From an uncultured Eubacteriales bacterium (lineage in GTDB: Bacteria > Bacillota > Clostridia > Oscillospirales > CAG-272): a DNA stretch of 64,000 bases. The position numbers were made by a program, and so were the translations under genes. This document shows positions 1 through 10,195 of this stretch, one piece after another (within the stretch, counting starts at the first letter, position 1; each line of letters starts with the position of its first letter). The notes beneath the pieces are model-generated. The model saw only the letters and a program-made list of their open reading frames with translations. It did not search any database and had not been told where the DNA came from. Where the stretch lies: NCBI GenBank assembly GCA_934385225.1, contig CAKRPQ010000001.1, positions 4,876-68,875 of the forward strand. Direction: 5' to 3'.

Positions 1-648
1 GAAAATGTTATCCGAAAGTCTCTGCGCGCACTTTGCGTTCGTCGAATAAATTTTATATTCGGAAATGTCTTTTCCTTCTATTTTAATATTCTCAAAAGCA
101 TAGGTTTGCGCGTAAAGCAGACCTTTTTTATTCGGAACGGCTACTTTGCCGTCAAAGAGGAAGTTCTCCGTAAAATCATTGACCGCATTTTCAAGTGCCT
201 CGTCGCTTCCGCCCGCGATAACGATCTTGAAGCCGTCGAGCTTTATTATGTAGTCGTTTACACCGAGCATTGAGAGCGCGTTTTTGCTCTCCTCGCGGGT
301 CGTCTCGCCGATAAGGATCTCCATTTTTTCCGAGGACATAGCGTCGGTACTTATTTTGAGATTTTTGCCCGTGTAGTCCGAGAGAACCGTGCGCACCCTG
401 CTCGCAAGTTCCTTCACCTTGTCCTTTGCCGTGTCGGAACGCACTACGGTGAAGTCGCCGATAGCGCTCGAAACGTCCGTAGTGTGGATAACGGGAAGCC
501 CGTCTCCGTCCTTCGGCAAATCGCTTACCGTCAGACGATTATTCGTTATGTCCGTCTCTTTTTTTTCGCCGCACGAGCACGCAGACGCGCAGACAAGCGC
601 GATCAGAGCCGCACATAAAAGAATTTTTGCAATCGTTTTGCTTTTCAT
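1..648 (-). CDS. putative lipoprotein, first 216 codons only (gene continues past the left edge)
   Basis: ATG at 648..646 on the minus strand. Translation MKSKTIAKILLCAALIALVCASACSCGEKK... gives a signal peptide with a lipobox-like ASAC. The frame stays open to base 1, so it is absent from the ORF track (no stop in window). The listed 389..697 + ORF is its antisense shadow. Confidence 0.6.
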   Translation of the reverse strand, partial: MKSKTIAKILLCAALIALVCASACSCGEKKETDITNNRLTVSDLPKDGDGLPVIHTTDVSSAIGDFTVVRSDTAKDKVKELASRVRTVLSDYTGKNLKISTDAMSSEKMEILIGETTREESKNALSMLGVNDYIIKLDGFKIVIAGGSDEALENAVNDFTENFLFDGKVAVPNKKGLLYAQTYAFENIKIEGKDISEYKIYSTNAKCAQRLSDNIF

Positions 649-958
649 TTTTCTCTTCTCCCTCTTCCGTGTAAAGTACATTTTACACTTGTTTTAATTC
701 GTCTCGGATTTCATTATAACATTTGTAACAAAAAAAACGGGCTGTATATTCCCTGTTTTGTATCCTTTTTATAACGACCTGTTTCTTTTTTATAATAATT
801 TCCTCATTTGGCACAATTTTTTTGTCTAATATAATTATACGCATTTTTCAATATTTGTCAAGTGCTGTTTACAAAAAAAGAGAAATTTTCACCTTTTTTC
901 ACGTGTGCCTACGCAAATTACGGTTCGCATGCCGCAGAATATATTTTTCCCCGCCCAC

Positions 959-987
959 TTGACATTTTACCGATTATATTATATAAT
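959..987 (+). promoter_or_regulatory. sigma-A type promoter upstream of proS (exact consensus hexamers)
   Basis: TTGACA (959-964), 17-nt spacer, TATAAT (982-987), about 60 nt upstream of the proS ATG. Confidence 0.6.
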
Positions 988-1047
988 AGACTGTATATTT
1001 ATCGTCACGCGGAATCTGCGGGCGAAAGGCAAACGAGGTTTAAGGTT

Positions 1048-2484
1048 ATGGCAAACGATAAAAAAACCGTTGAGCAGATCACAAATATGGACGTTGACTT
1101 TGCGAAATGGTACACAGACATCTGCAAAAAAGCGGATCTCATCGACTATTCGAGCGTAAAGGGCTGCATGGTAATCCGCCCTTACGGCTACGCTATCTGG
1201 GAGAACATTCAGAAAATTCTCGACACGCGCTTCAAGGAGCTGGGTCACGAGAACGTTTATATGCCGATGTTCATTCCCGAATCTCTTCTCAATAAGGAAA
1301 AGGATCACGTCGAAGGCTTTGCGCCCGAAGTTGCGTGGGTAACACAGGGCGGCAGCGAAAAACTCACCGAACGCCTCTGCGTCAGACCGACGTCGGAAAC
1401 GCTCTTCTGCGAGCATTACGCAAATATAATCCGTTCTTACAGAGACCTCCCGAAGCTCTACAACCAGTGGTGCTCCGTTGTCAGATGGGAAAAGACGACA
1501 AGACCGTTCCTGCGCAGCCGTGAATTCCTCTGGCAGGAAGGTCACACAATGCACGAAACGCCCGAAGAGGCAGTCGCAGAGACGGTCCGTATGCTGAACG
1601 TCTACGCCGACTTCCACGAAAAGGATCTTGCGATCCCCGTAATAAAGGGACGTAAAACCCCGTCCGACAAGTTCGCGGGCGCGGAGGACACATACGCGAT
1701 AGAAGCGCTTATGCACGACGGAAAGTCGCTGCAAGCCGCAACGTCGCACTACTTCGGCGACGGCTTCGCGAAGGCTTTTGACATCACATACACAACACGC
1801 GACAACAAGCTCGCGCACCCGTATCAGACGTCGTGGGGTTCGACCACCCGTATGATAGGCGGCATAATCATGACGCACGGCGACGACAACGGTCTCGTAC
1901 TCCCTCCCGCCGTCGCGCCCGTTCAGGTAGTCATTATCCCCGTTGCGGCTCACAAAGAGGGCGTTATCGAAAAGGCGACGGAGCTTTATACGGCACTGAA
2001 AGACAAGTTCAGAGTAAAACTTGACGCAAGCGACAACTCGCCCGGCTGGAAGTACGCCGAATACGAGATGAAAGGCGTTCCGCTCCGCATTGAGATAGGT
2101 CCGCGCGACATTGAGGCGGGTCAGTGCGTTATCATGACGCGTCACAACCTCGAAAAAGAGACCGTTTCGCTCGAAAATCTCGCGGACACCGTCGAAAAGA
2201 AGCTCACGGAGGTCAGAGAAGGTATGTATGCAAAAGCTCTCGCAAACAGAGAGAGAAGAACATACACCTGCAAAACGCTCGACGAGATAAACAAAGTTCT
2301 TGAAAACGGCGACGGCTTTGTCAAGGCGATGTGGTGCGGCGACGAGGCCTGCGAGGACGAAGTAAAAGCAAAAACGGGTGTCGGCTCGCGCTGTATCCCG
2401 CTTGAAGAAGAACATATTTCAGACGTCTGCGTCTGCTGCGGCAAACCCGCAAAGCATATGGTCGTCTGGGCGAGGGCATATTGA
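1048..2484 (+). CDS. proS: prolyl-tRNA synthetase (class II, archaeal/eukaryote-like short form)
   Basis: Lies in ORF 862..2484. The conserved protein starts at [24 protein letters not shown] (ATG 1048, GAGG 9 nt upstream, downstream of the promoter). Typical ProRS blocks are present ([25 protein letters not shown]) with a Cys-rich C-terminus ending in Y. Confidence 0.93.
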   Translation: MANDKKTVEQITNMDVDFAKWYTDICKKADLIDYSSVKGCMVIRPYGYAIWENIQKILDTRFKELGHENVYMPMFIPESLLNKEKDHVEGFAPEVAWVTQGGSEKLTERLCVRPTSETLFCEHYANIIRSYRDLPKLYNQWCSVVRWEKTTRPFLRSREFLWQEGHTMHETPEEAVAETVRMLNVYADFHEKDLAIPVIKGRKTPSDKFAGAEDTYAIEALMHDGKSLQAATSHYFGDGFAKAFDITYTTRDNKLAHPYQTSWGSTTRMIGGIIMTHGDDNGLVLPPAVAPVQVVIIPVAAHKEGVIEKATELYTALKDKFRVKLDASDNSPGWKYAEYEMKGVPLRIEIGPRDIEAGQCVIMTRHNLEKETVSLENLADTVEKKLTEVREGMYAKALANRERRTYTCKTLDEINKVLENGDGFVKAMWCGDEACEDEVKAKTGVGSRCIPLEEEHISDVCVCCGKPAKHMVVWARAY

Positions 2485-2530
2485 TTTCGGTATTTATATC
2501 AGTTAAGCCGAACAGGCTTTGACCCTCCCG

Positions 2531-2577
2531 AAAAGCGACTGTTTCACTCGGCATTGCACTGTGTGACGGTCGCTTTT
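2531..2577 (+). terminator. putative terminator hairpin after proS
   Basis: AAAAGCGAC (2531-2539) pairs with GTCGCTTTT (2569-2577). The loop is large with some internal pairing, and the U-tract is weak. Confidence 0.4.
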
Positions 2578-2621
2578 GGCTCTTATTTACAAAATTCGGA
2601 AAAGGCAGGAAAGGAGACGCC

Positions 2622-3749
2622 GTGGTACGTTCATTCAGCATAACAAAAGGGCAGAGAATGCGCATGATCGACCCTGTGCTTCTCGTCTGCACGCTCGTTC
2701 TCACCGCTTGCAGCCTGCTCACGCTCACAGGCACTCTCGGTAATGTGGAAAAGCTCACAAAATCGGGCTACTGCGTTCAGATCGGTGCCGTCGTCGTCGG
2801 TCTTGCCGCCATGGTAGTCCTTACCGTCATCGACTACGAGGAGCTTGTAAACAAATTCTGGCTTTTCTTCTTCATCGCGTCGATCGGACTTCTCGGCGTG
2901 ACGCTCGTTTTCGGAACAAGTCAGGGTACAAACCGCAGTTACCTGCGTTTCGGCTCTGTCGGAATACAACCGTCCGAATTTGTTAAGGCTTCGTATATTA
3001 TCACATTTTCAAAACACCTCGAATACGCAAAAGAGCGGATAAATTCTCCGAAAGCTCTGCTCGGCATCGGCGCGCACGCGGGAGTCGTCATCGGACTTGT
3101 GCTTGCCTCGGGCGACCTCGGCGTTGCGCTCGTCTACATAGGCCTCACCGCCGTTATGCTCTTCTGCGCGGGTGTCAGCATATGGTATTTTCTCGGCGCG
3201 GGCACTCTGCTTACGGTAGCATTCCCATATCTGTGGCCGAGGCTCAAAGACTACCAGCAAAAGCGTATTCTCGTCGGGTTCGACCCCGAAAAAGACCCTC
3301 TCGGCAAGGGTATGCAGCCGCTTCAAAGCCGCCAGGCGATAGCAAACGGCGGTATCTACGGTCAGGGACTCTACGGCGGTCACTACTACAAAACTCTTTA
3401 CGCGTCGCATACAGACTTCATTTTCGCCACGTTTTGCGAAAAATTCGGCTTCGTCGGCGGGCTTATCGTCATAACGGCGCTCGTTACAATGGTCATTCGC
3501 ATACTTATGATAGCGCGCAAAGCCGAAAAACCGTGCGGACGTTTCATCTGCATAGGCGCGGCGGCACTTATAATTCTTCAAACGCTCGAAAATCTCGGAA
3601 TGTGCATGGCTTTTCTACCCGTCATCGGTATCACGCTGCCTTTTATGAGCTACGGCGGCTCGTCAATGCTCTCAATGTACATAATAATCGGTCTTGTCCA
3701 GAGCGTCAGGGCACACGGCGGCAAGTATTTCTTTGAAGTGAACGAATAG
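2622..3749 (+). CDS. SEDS-family peptidoglycan glycosyltransferase (FtsW/RodA/SpoVE)
   Basis: 375-aa polytopic membrane protein with the GIQPSEFVK motif and a PFMSYGGSS block typical of FtsW/RodA. GTG 2622 has AAAGGAG 5 nt upstream. An alternative ATG lies at 2658. Confidence 0.9.
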   Translation: MVRSFSITKGQRMRMIDPVLLVCTLVLTACSLLTLTGTLGNVEKLTKSGYCVQIGAVVVGLAAMVVLTVIDYEELVNKFWLFFFIASIGLLGVTLVFGTSQGTNRSYLRFGSVGIQPSEFVKASYIITFSKHLEYAKERINSPKALLGIGAHAGVVIGLVLASGDLGVALVYIGLTAVMLFCAGVSIWYFLGAGTLLTVAFPYLWPRLKDYQQKRILVGFDPEKDPLGKGMQPLQSRQAIANGGIYGQGLYGGHYYKTLYASHTDFIFATFCEKFGFVGGLIVITALVTMVIRILMIARKAEKPCGRFICIGAAALIILQTLENLGMCMAFLPVIGITLPFMSYGGSSMLSMYIIIGLVQSVRAHGGKYFFEVNE

Positions 3750-3762
3750 ATAGTATAATAAA

Positions 3763-4470
3763 ATGGAAAACAATAATTTCAAAATGGGTCTGCGCGACGG
3801 ACTGGCGATAGGTCTCGGATACCTTTCCGTCTCCTTTGCGTTCGGTCTTTTCGCCGTCAAAAGCGGACTCTCGATAATAGAAACGCTCCTTATTTCAATG
3901 ACGAACCTCACCTCTGCGGGTCAGCTCGCGTCCGTCCCGATAATTGCGGGTGGCGGAACGTTTATAGAGCTTGCCGTGTCGCAGCTTTTCATAAATCTGC
4001 GCTACTCTCTCATGTCCGTTTCTCTCTCGCAACGGCTCGGCAAGAGCGTAAAACTGCGCCACCGATTTCTCATCGCGTTCGGGAACACGGACGAAATCTT
4101 CGCCGTCTCGATGTCAAAGGGCGAAAACCTCGGAAAAAAATATTTCTACGGCATTATGATCTGCCCCTACGTCGGCTGGTCGCTCGGAACTCTCCTCGGT
4201 GCGGCGGCGGGAAATCTTCTCCCCGAAATCATCATATCCGCGCTCGGCATCGCCATTTACGGAATGTTCGTCGCGATAATAATTCCCGAGGCAAAAAAAC
4301 GCATGGCGACGGCACTTTGCGTGCTTTCAAGCATTGCGCTCGGCTGTGCCTTTAAGTACATACCCTTCCTTTCCGCCGTTCCGAGCGGATTTGTGATAAT
4401 TCTTTCGGCGGTGCCGATAAGTCTGCTCTTCGCCGTGATCGCGCCCATTAAGGAGGAACAGGAAAAATGA
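3763..4470 (+). CDS. azlC: AzlC-family branched-chain amino acid exporter subunit
   Basis: 235-aa membrane protein with an AzlC-like N-terminus (GLRDGLAIGLGYLSVSFAFG ... SAGQLA). It overlaps azlD by 4 nt (ATGA). Confidence 0.85.
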   Translation: MENNNFKMGLRDGLAIGLGYLSVSFAFGLFAVKSGLSIIETLLISMTNLTSAGQLASVPIIAGGGTFIELAVSQLFINLRYSLMSVSLSQRLGKSVKLRHRFLIAFGNTDEIFAVSMSKGENLGKKYFYGIMICPYVGWSLGTLLGAAAGNLLPEIIISALGIAIYGMFVAIIIPEAKKRMATALCVLSSIALGCAFKYIPFLSAVPSGFVIILSAVPISLLFAVIAPIKEEQEK

Positions 4471-4787
4471 TACCTTTTACAGACTTTCTTCCCTATCTTC
4501 TCGTCATGGCGGGCGTTACATATCTCGTGCGTATGCTTCCGCTCGTGCTTGTAAAGGGAAAGTTTGAAAACAAAACGGTCAGATCCTTTCTTTACTATAT
4601 TCCCTATGCCGTTCTCGGCGTTATGACCCTGCCCGGCGCGCTCTACTCGACGTCCTCTATGCTCTCCGCGGCGATAGGACTTGCCGCAGCCGTTATCACG
4701 GCTTATTTCGGCAGAGGACTGCTGACGGTTGCCGCGGTATCCGTTCTCGCGGTTCTTCTCACCGAGATAATTATTCCGATTTTTTAA
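4467..4787 (+). CDS. azlD: AzlD-family branched-chain amino acid transport protein
   Basis: 106-aa hydrophobic protein (YLVRMLPLVLV motif), translationally coupled to azlC. Confidence 0.8.
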   Translation: MIPFTDFLPYLLVMAGVTYLVRMLPLVLVKGKFENKTVRSFLYYIPYAVLGVMTLPGALYSTSSMLSAAIGLAAAVITAYFGRGLLTVAAVSVLAVLLTEIIIPIF

Positions 4788-4797
4788 GAGGCTTCCA

Positions 4798-5985
4798 ATG
4801 AAAAACGATACGTATAAGCTATATTCAAGTCTGCCGATATACAGCCGCCACAAAACGTGGGCGGAGATAGACCTCGATGCCCTAAGGCACAATTACAGGC
4901 TGCTCGGCAGCAAGGTAAAAGGCGAAAAAAACCCGCGCATAATCTGCATTATGAAAGCGGACTCCTACGGTCACGGTGCGGACAGCTGCGCAAGAGCGCT
5001 CCTTGAAGAGGGCTGCGACTTTTTCGCCGTCTCCTGCATAGAAGAGGCTGTCGCACTCCGCAAGGTCTGCATCGAACTCGGAAAATACGCCGATATTCTT
5101 ATTCTCGGCTACACGCTCCCTTACTCTGCGGGCGAGCTTTCCGCAAACAACATAATCCAGACGGTATTTTCGCCCGAATACGCGCGTGCGCTCGGCGACG
5201 AAGCAAAGCGCCAGAGGTGCCATGTGCGCGTTCACGTCAAGCTCGACACGGGTATGAACCGAATCGGGTTTGTCGCGCAGAGCGAGGAAAGCATTGAAAG
5301 GTCCGCGTGCGACATCGCAAAGGTGTGCCGCGACGGCGCTCTCATTGCGGAGGGAATGTTCACTCATTTTGCAAAAGCGGACGAGGCGGACGACTCCATG
5401 ACAAGGCTTCAATACGAGCGTTTCATCGCCGTTAAAGACGCGCTCGCCGAAAAGGGAGTAAAGATCCCGTTCCTGCATGCCTCGAACAGTGCTTCGTCCG
5501 TGCGTCACCCCGAATTTGCGCTTGACGGCGTCCGCGAAGGAATCCTCCTCTACGGCGCGCGCGCGTCAAAATTTGCGGACCTTGACGGTCTGCGCCCCGT
5601 TATGAGCCTTAAAAGCGTCATCTCGCACATTCATACGCTCGTGCCGGGCGAAACGGTCAGCTACGGCGGAAAATATTCGTCGGATACCGAAAAAACTCTC
5701 GCAACCATTCCGATAGGCTACGCCGACGGCTTTATCCGCGCTTACAGCGGCGCGTCGGTTTCTGTCGCGGCAAAGGGCGGAAACATCGAAGCTCCCATCG
5801 TCGGCAGAATATGTATGGATCAGTGTATGGTTGATATCACGGGAACGGAGGCGGGCGTCGGCGACGTTGTCACCCTCTTCGGCGACGATCCGAAAAGGCT
5901 TTACCGCCTTGCGGAGCTTGCGGGGACTATCGACTACGAATGTCTGTGCCTCATTTCGGGCAGAGTTCCGAGAATATACAAATAA
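4798..5985 (+). CDS. alr: alanine racemase
   Basis: PLP-lysine motif IMKADSYGHGA near the N-terminus. C-terminal blocks VSYGG and GYADG are present. AAGAGG lies 6 nt upstream. Confidence 0.93.
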   Translation: MKNDTYKLYSSLPIYSRHKTWAEIDLDALRHNYRLLGSKVKGEKNPRIICIMKADSYGHGADSCARALLEEGCDFFAVSCIEEAVALRKVCIELGKYADILILGYTLPYSAGELSANNIIQTVFSPEYARALGDEAKRQRCHVRVHVKLDTGMNRIGFVAQSEESIERSACDIAKVCRDGALIAEGMFTHFAKADEADDSMTRLQYERFIAVKDALAEKGVKIPFLHASNSASSVRHPEFALDGVREGILLYGARASKFADLDGLRPVMSLKSVISHIHTLVPGETVSYGGKYSSDTEKTLATIPIGYADGFIRAYSGASVSVAAKGGNIEAPIVGRICMDQCMVDITGTEAGVGDVVTLFGDDPKRLYRLAELAGTIDYECLCLISGRVPRIYK

Positions 5986-6006
5986 AATGAAAAACTGATG
6001 TAAATT

Positions 6007-7434
6007 ATGAAGAAAAAAATTGTTAAAACACCTGTAATCACGCTTTTGCTTTTGTTTGCCGTCCTCCTTTCCTCATGCGGTGCGCGTGATGCGCACGAGG
6101 ACAGACCCGAGCTTTCGCTCTCCGACCTCGGTGTCGAAACGGGAAGCACGTCGGCACTTCTACCCGAACCGAACGCGAGCGGCGAAAAGACCGAATTTTT
6201 CGTCCTTTGCGAAAACGGCGCGGAGAGTTCGTTCGTTCCCTCAGGCGAGAGCGAAAGCGAGCTTGACAGAAAAGCCTTTGAGCGCAACGCCCGCATTGCG
6301 GACGAATACGGCATAATAATTCGCGAAATAAGCACGGGCGACATTGTGACAAAGGTCAAAAACGACGTTTTGTCGGGCAAAACCGACTACGACGCGATAG
6401 TTATGCGCGCAAAAAACGCGTCTCCGCTTATAACATCATTCAGTCTCGCAGATCTTGCGTTGCTCGGCTTTTCCCCGTCGGCAAAGGGCTATAACGAGAG
6501 CGTCATAAATTCCCTCTCGATCGCAAAAAAGCAGTATCTTGCCGTCGGTAACGCCACGCCGAGCCTGCTTCTCTCGTCTTACTGCGTCGCGCTCAACACG
6601 GAGATGTGCAAAAAAACGGGCGAAAGCGCGGAAAGCATCATTGCGGACGCCGAAAACGGGAAGTTCGATGCGGATACGATGTACCGTCTTTCCTCCGCGC
6701 TTGCGTCATCGGACGCGGGCGAGGAAATCACCAAAAGCGAGGGCGCACGCTATATAAGCGTCTCCGCGGACGATGCCTACGCGCTTTTTAACGCGGGCGG
6801 ACTTGATTTTTACTCTGCGGATCCCGTCACGGACGAGTTCAGACCGCTCGAAACGAGCGAGACGACGGACGCTCTTTATGACGCTATGCTTCTCCTCTAC
6901 GGCATCGACCACTCCTCCGAAAAATTCGACTGGGAAACCGCAAAATCGGGCGTGACGCCTCTCTTCTCCGTAATGACGGTGAATGAGCTCGGCAGTCTCG
7001 TCTCCGAGGGTGCGCCTTACGTCGCGCTTCCTATGCCGAAAATGACCGCAGGGCAGGAAAATTACCGCTCGACGGCGGATACGGACACCTTTGCCTGCAC
7101 AGCCGTACCCGCGGCGGCAGAGGACGGCGCGTATGCCGTAAAGGTCATGAACCTCATATACTCCCTGTCGGACGACATTTATTCTACCGTTCGCAAGTCC
7201 GTCGCGGGAAACGAAAGAGATGCCCGCGTTTTTGACATCATAGCAAACAACACTTATGCGAGCGCGCTTGAAATTTTCGGCTGGGGAGATCTGCCGTCCT
7301 TTATGACGTCGGCGATAAACGAACACCTAAAAACAAGCGTGTTCTCGCTCCGCGCCGCGGAAAGAATAAACGCCTCCGTCGCCGCGCTCGCAATATCCTC
7401 CGAATCCGTGAAAAACGGCACAAAGCCCGAATAA
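6007..7434 (+). CDS. lipoprotein of unknown function (possibly solute-binding-protein-like)
   Basis: MKKKIVKTPVITLLLLFAVLLSSCG gives a signal peptide plus lipobox LLSSC. The 475-aa soluble domain has no motif I can name. Confidence 0.7.
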   Translation: MKKKIVKTPVITLLLLFAVLLSSCGARDAHEDRPELSLSDLGVETGSTSALLPEPNASGEKTEFFVLCENGAESSFVPSGESESELDRKAFERNARIADEYGIIIREISTGDIVTKVKNDVLSGKTDYDAIVMRAKNASPLITSFSLADLALLGFSPSAKGYNESVINSLSIAKKQYLAVGNATPSLLLSSYCVALNTEMCKKTGESAESIIADAENGKFDADTMYRLSSALASSDAGEEITKSEGARYISVSADDAYALFNAGGLDFYSADPVTDEFRPLETSETTDALYDAMLLLYGIDHSSEKFDWETAKSGVTPLFSVMTVNELGSLVSEGAPYVALPMPKMTAGQENYRSTADTDTFACTAVPAAAEDGAYAVKVMNLIYSLSDDIYSTVRKSVAGNERDARVFDIIANNTYASALEIFGWGDLPSFMTSAINEHLKTSVFSLRAAERINASVAALAISSESVKNGTKPE

Positions 7435-7446
7435 GAAAGGAATCCG

Positions 7447-8226
7447 ATGAAAATACTCGCAATCGGCGACGTGGTCGGACGCGCCGCACTCGATTATATA
7501 AAAAGAGAACTCCCGAACATAAGAAGCACCCTTAGCGCCGATTTTGTCGTCTGCAACGGCGAAAACGTCTGCGACATACGCGGCCTTACGCCCGCCGATG
7601 CCGACACTCTGCTTTCTTCGGGCATCGATCTTATAACGACGGGAAATCACGTTTACGGACAGAGATCGATCTACGACAGGCTCGACGACGACGAGCGCAT
7701 TATCCGTCCCTGCAACTACCCCGCCGAGGCGAGAGGAACCGGCTATACCATACTCGACGCGCTCGGTTACAGGCTTCTCTGCATAAACGCGCTCGGAACG
7801 GTCTTTCTCGACTCGCTCGACAATCCGTTCTGCGCCGTCGAAAAAATTCTTGCGCGTGAAGAGGGCAGATACGACTTTTCGCTGCTCGATTTTCACGCCG
7901 AGGCGACGTCCGAAAAGCTCGCGATGGCTTACTTTCTCGACGGCAGAGTGAACATCGTTTTCGGAACGCACACGCACGTTCAGACGGCGGACGAAACAGT
8001 TCTGTCCCGCGGTACGGGGTACATTACCGATCTCGGAATGACGGGTCCCGACGAAAGCATTCTCGGAACGGTGCCCGAACCCGTTATAGAGCGTTTCAGG
8101 ACGCATATGCCGCACCGCTTTGCCGTTGCCGAGGGCAGAATCACACTCTGCGGTGCGCTTTTCGACCTTGACACGGGCACGGGTCGCGTCAAGACCGTTT
8201 CAAGAGTACGGTACTCCGACAAATAA
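7447..8226 (+). CDS. ymdB: YmdB-type metallophosphoesterase (2',3'-cyclic-nucleotide phosphodiesterase family, TIGR00282-like)
   Basis: MKILAIGDVVGR ... CNGEN ... TTGNH ... FGTHTHVQTADE are calcineurin-like metal-binding blocks in the YmdB arrangement. AAAGGAA RBS. Confidence 0.85.
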   Translation: MKILAIGDVVGRAALDYIKRELPNIRSTLSADFVVCNGENVCDIRGLTPADADTLLSSGIDLITTGNHVYGQRSIYDRLDDDERIIRPCNYPAEARGTGYTILDALGYRLLCINALGTVFLDSLDNPFCAVEKILAREEGRYDFSLLDFHAEATSEKLAMAYFLDGRVNIVFGTHTHVQTADETVLSRGTGYITDLGMTGPDESILGTVPEPVIERFRTHMPHRFAVAEGRITLCGALFDLDTGTGRVKTVSRVRYSDK

Positions 8227-8247
8227 ACCCGACAAGAGGTTTTATTT

Positions 8248-9594
8248 ATGAAAAAGGAAAAAACCGAATTTTCGGGGGTAAAAGAGTCCCCGAAAAAGAA
8301 AATAATATATCTCTTTTCCGTCGCCGCATGTATCGCCGTTCTCGTTCTGACCTACTTCGTCATCACCAAAGGAAACGGCTTTACGGACACGCTCGACACC
8401 GAATATTTGCGCGCACGCGTTACGGAGATTACGGGGCACTACGAGGACGTGGGCGAAAACGGCGAGGTACTCTCCTCCGACGTATTTTTCGAAGCGAAAA
8501 TCGGAAGCGGCGCGAAAAAAGGAACGATTGTCGAAGCGTCGCAGAATTACAGCTCATACACGCCTCTCAATCCGCGCGAGGTGAAGGAAGGCGATAAGGT
8601 TGTGCTTGCGCGTTTTGCGGGAACGGACAACTGGGTCTTTATCGACTATCTGCGCTCGGACGCTCTGCTCGCTCTGCTTGCCCTGTTTTCACTTCTCATA
8701 CTCGTCTACGGGCGCGTAAAAGGCTTGAAAACACTCCTATCGTTAACACTCACCGTGGCGGCAGTCGCGTTTGTATTCTTCCCCGCGGTTCTTGACGGCA
8801 GAAACGTCAGCCTCTGGGCTGTTCTCGTATGCCTTTACATAATCGTTATGACGCTCGTTATCGTCAACGGTCTTTCGAAAATGAGTATCGCCGCCTCATG
8901 CGGCTGTATCGGCGGCGTTCTCATCTCGCTCGGTCTTACCGCACTCACCGACAGCTTCATAAAACTGTCGGGAAACTCGGACGCACATTCGATTTTCCTG
9001 CTCTACATCGGCAAAAACGGCATCGACCTGCGCTCTCTCATCTACGCGTCGATAATAATCGGTTCTGTCGGTGCTGTCATGGACGTTGCGGTCGATATTT
9101 CCGCCGCACTAAAAGAAATTTCTCAAAAGATAGGCGAGCCGACGCCGGGCGAGCTTTTCCGTTCGGGTCTCAACATCGGGCGCGACGTTATCGGAACTAT
9201 GTCTAACACGCTCGTTCTTGCCTACATCGGCGGCTCGATGGGAACGCTCATTCTCTACATCTACAACAACGGCGCAAGCCCGCTTTACCTTTTCAATATT
9301 GAGGCTATCGTCGTCGAAATTCTCAACACCCTCGTCGGCAGTATCGGTATTCTTATGACGCTTCCGCTGACGGCGGCGATATGCTCGGTGCTTTACACGC
9401 ACCCGTCGGTGAGAAAACGTCTGCGCGCCGAAAAAAAGGTGAAACGCGCACTTGAAGCGGCGAAAAAAAGAGCAAAAAAAGAGGCGGCAGTCTCGCCCGA
9501 CGACTTTTCGGACACTCTCGACGGCGTCGGCGCGTTCGGCGGCTCGGAACAGGAAAAGGACAGCGGCGGAAAGGACGACGGTAATGGAATCTGA
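8248..9594 (+). CDS. YibE/F-family membrane protein
   Basis: N-terminal TM and extracytoplasmic domain followed by multiple TMs, with YibE/F-like blocks (IIGSVGAVMDVAVDISAAL, GRDVIGTMSNTLVLAYIGGS). The C-terminal tail is K/E-rich. Confidence 0.8.
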   Translation: MKKEKTEFSGVKESPKKKIIYLFSVAACIAVLVLTYFVITKGNGFTDTLDTEYLRARVTEITGHYEDVGENGEVLSSDVFFEAKIGSGAKKGTIVEASQNYSSYTPLNPREVKEGDKVVLARFAGTDNWVFIDYLRSDALLALLALFSLLILVYGRVKGLKTLLSLTLTVAAVAFVFFPAVLDGRNVSLWAVLVCLYIIVMTLVIVNGLSKMSIAASCGCIGGVLISLGLTALTDSFIKLSGNSDAHSIFLLYIGKNGIDLRSLIYASIIIGSVGAVMDVAVDISAALKEISQKIGEPTPGELFRSGLNIGRDVIGTMSNTLVLAYIGGSMGTLILYIYNNGASPLYLFNIEAIVVEILNTLVGSIGILMTLPLTAAICSVLYTHPSVRKRLRAEKKVKRALEAAKKRAKKEAAVSPDDFSDTLDGVGAFGGSEQEKDSGGKDDGNGI

Positions 9595-10195
9595 CAAAAA
9601 AGGACGGCTTGCCGCCGTCATATCGGACGACGAATCCTTTCGAAGAATGCTCTCGCACGAGCTTACGCGGCTCGGCTTTGAAGTGACGGGAGAGGAAAGC
9701 GACACAGCCGCGAAAAAAGCGGATTTTATATTCACCGACTCGGAGGAGCCGGCGAAAAGTCCGGAATATGCCGAAAAGACCCTGCTCTTCACCGACAGCG
9801 CACGCGTTTTTCACTGCTTTGACGTGTTCCCGAAAACGTTTTCGCTCTCCGACCTTGATTTTCTCGCGGAGCTTCATTCGGGCGGCGTTCACCCCGTCCG
9901 CGAAAACACAAGGACACCCGTGATAAAGAACGACCGTGTCAGGATCGGCAAAACGGAAATAAAGCTCAGCCCCGACGAGGCGACAGTCCTTAAAGCCCTC
10001 TCGAAAGCCGAGGGGTATGTGTCGCGCGATGACCTTAACCGCCTGCTCGGACACGAGGAAAAATGCGGAAATCTTGTCGATGTTTATATCTGCCGACTGC
10101 GCAAAAAGCTCGAAAAAGCGCTCGGATACCGCGTCATATCGACCGTCCGCGGCGTCGGCTATAAATCGGAAAGGAAATTTGAATATGAAAAATGA
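9584..10195 (+). CDS. OmpR/PhoB-type winged-helix DNA-binding protein with a short atypical receiver-like N-terminus
   Basis: Re-called start at MESDKKGRLAAVISDDES (ATG 9584, overlapping the YibE/F stop). The C-terminus LSPDEATVLKAL...VDVYICRLRKKLE...ISTVRGVGYK matches Trans_reg_C. The 9452 start in the track lies inside the upstream gene. Confidence 0.7.
   Translation: MESDKKGRLAAVISDDESFRRMLSHELTRLGFEVTGEESDTAAKKADFIFTDSEEPAKSPEYAEKTLLFTDSARVFHCFDVFPKTFSLSDLDFLAELHSGGVHPVRENTRTPVIKNDRVRIGKTEIKLSPDEATVLKALSKAEGYVSRDDLNRLLGHEEKCGNLVDVYICRLRKKLEKALGYRVISTVRGVGYKSERKFEYEK

Noticed and set aside
389-697. 102-aa plus ORF at the left end
   Set aside because: It is antisense to the lipoprotein gene (1..648, minus), which has a clear signal peptide and lipobox. 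The plus-strand translation is featureless.
862-1047. N-terminal extensions implied by the ORF track (proS from 862). The same issue affects 16856, 21720, 29549, 32902, 36422, 44934, 60358, 61680, 9452, 10017 and 17565.
   Set aside because: The extensions overlap promoters, terminators, repeat arrays or the upstream gene, and lack an RBS. Conserved protein N-termini with good Shine-Dalgarno sequences start further in, and coordinates were re-called accordingly.
700-1047. T-box or other riboswitch upstream of proS
   Set aside because: The consensus promoter at 959-987 leaves a leader of only about 55 nt. No stem I, T-box sequence or terminator is present.
979-2415. 478-aa minus-strand ORF opposite proS. 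Similar long antisense ORFs occur at 18026..19162, 22861..24111, 26038..26919, 27600..29471, 39676..40902, 47476..48627, 51720..53162, 54060..55502 and 61897..63252.
   Set aside because: Each one mirrors a gene with strong family motifs on the other strand. Their translations are arginine- and valine-rich without motifs, and they lack RBS and plausible operon context.
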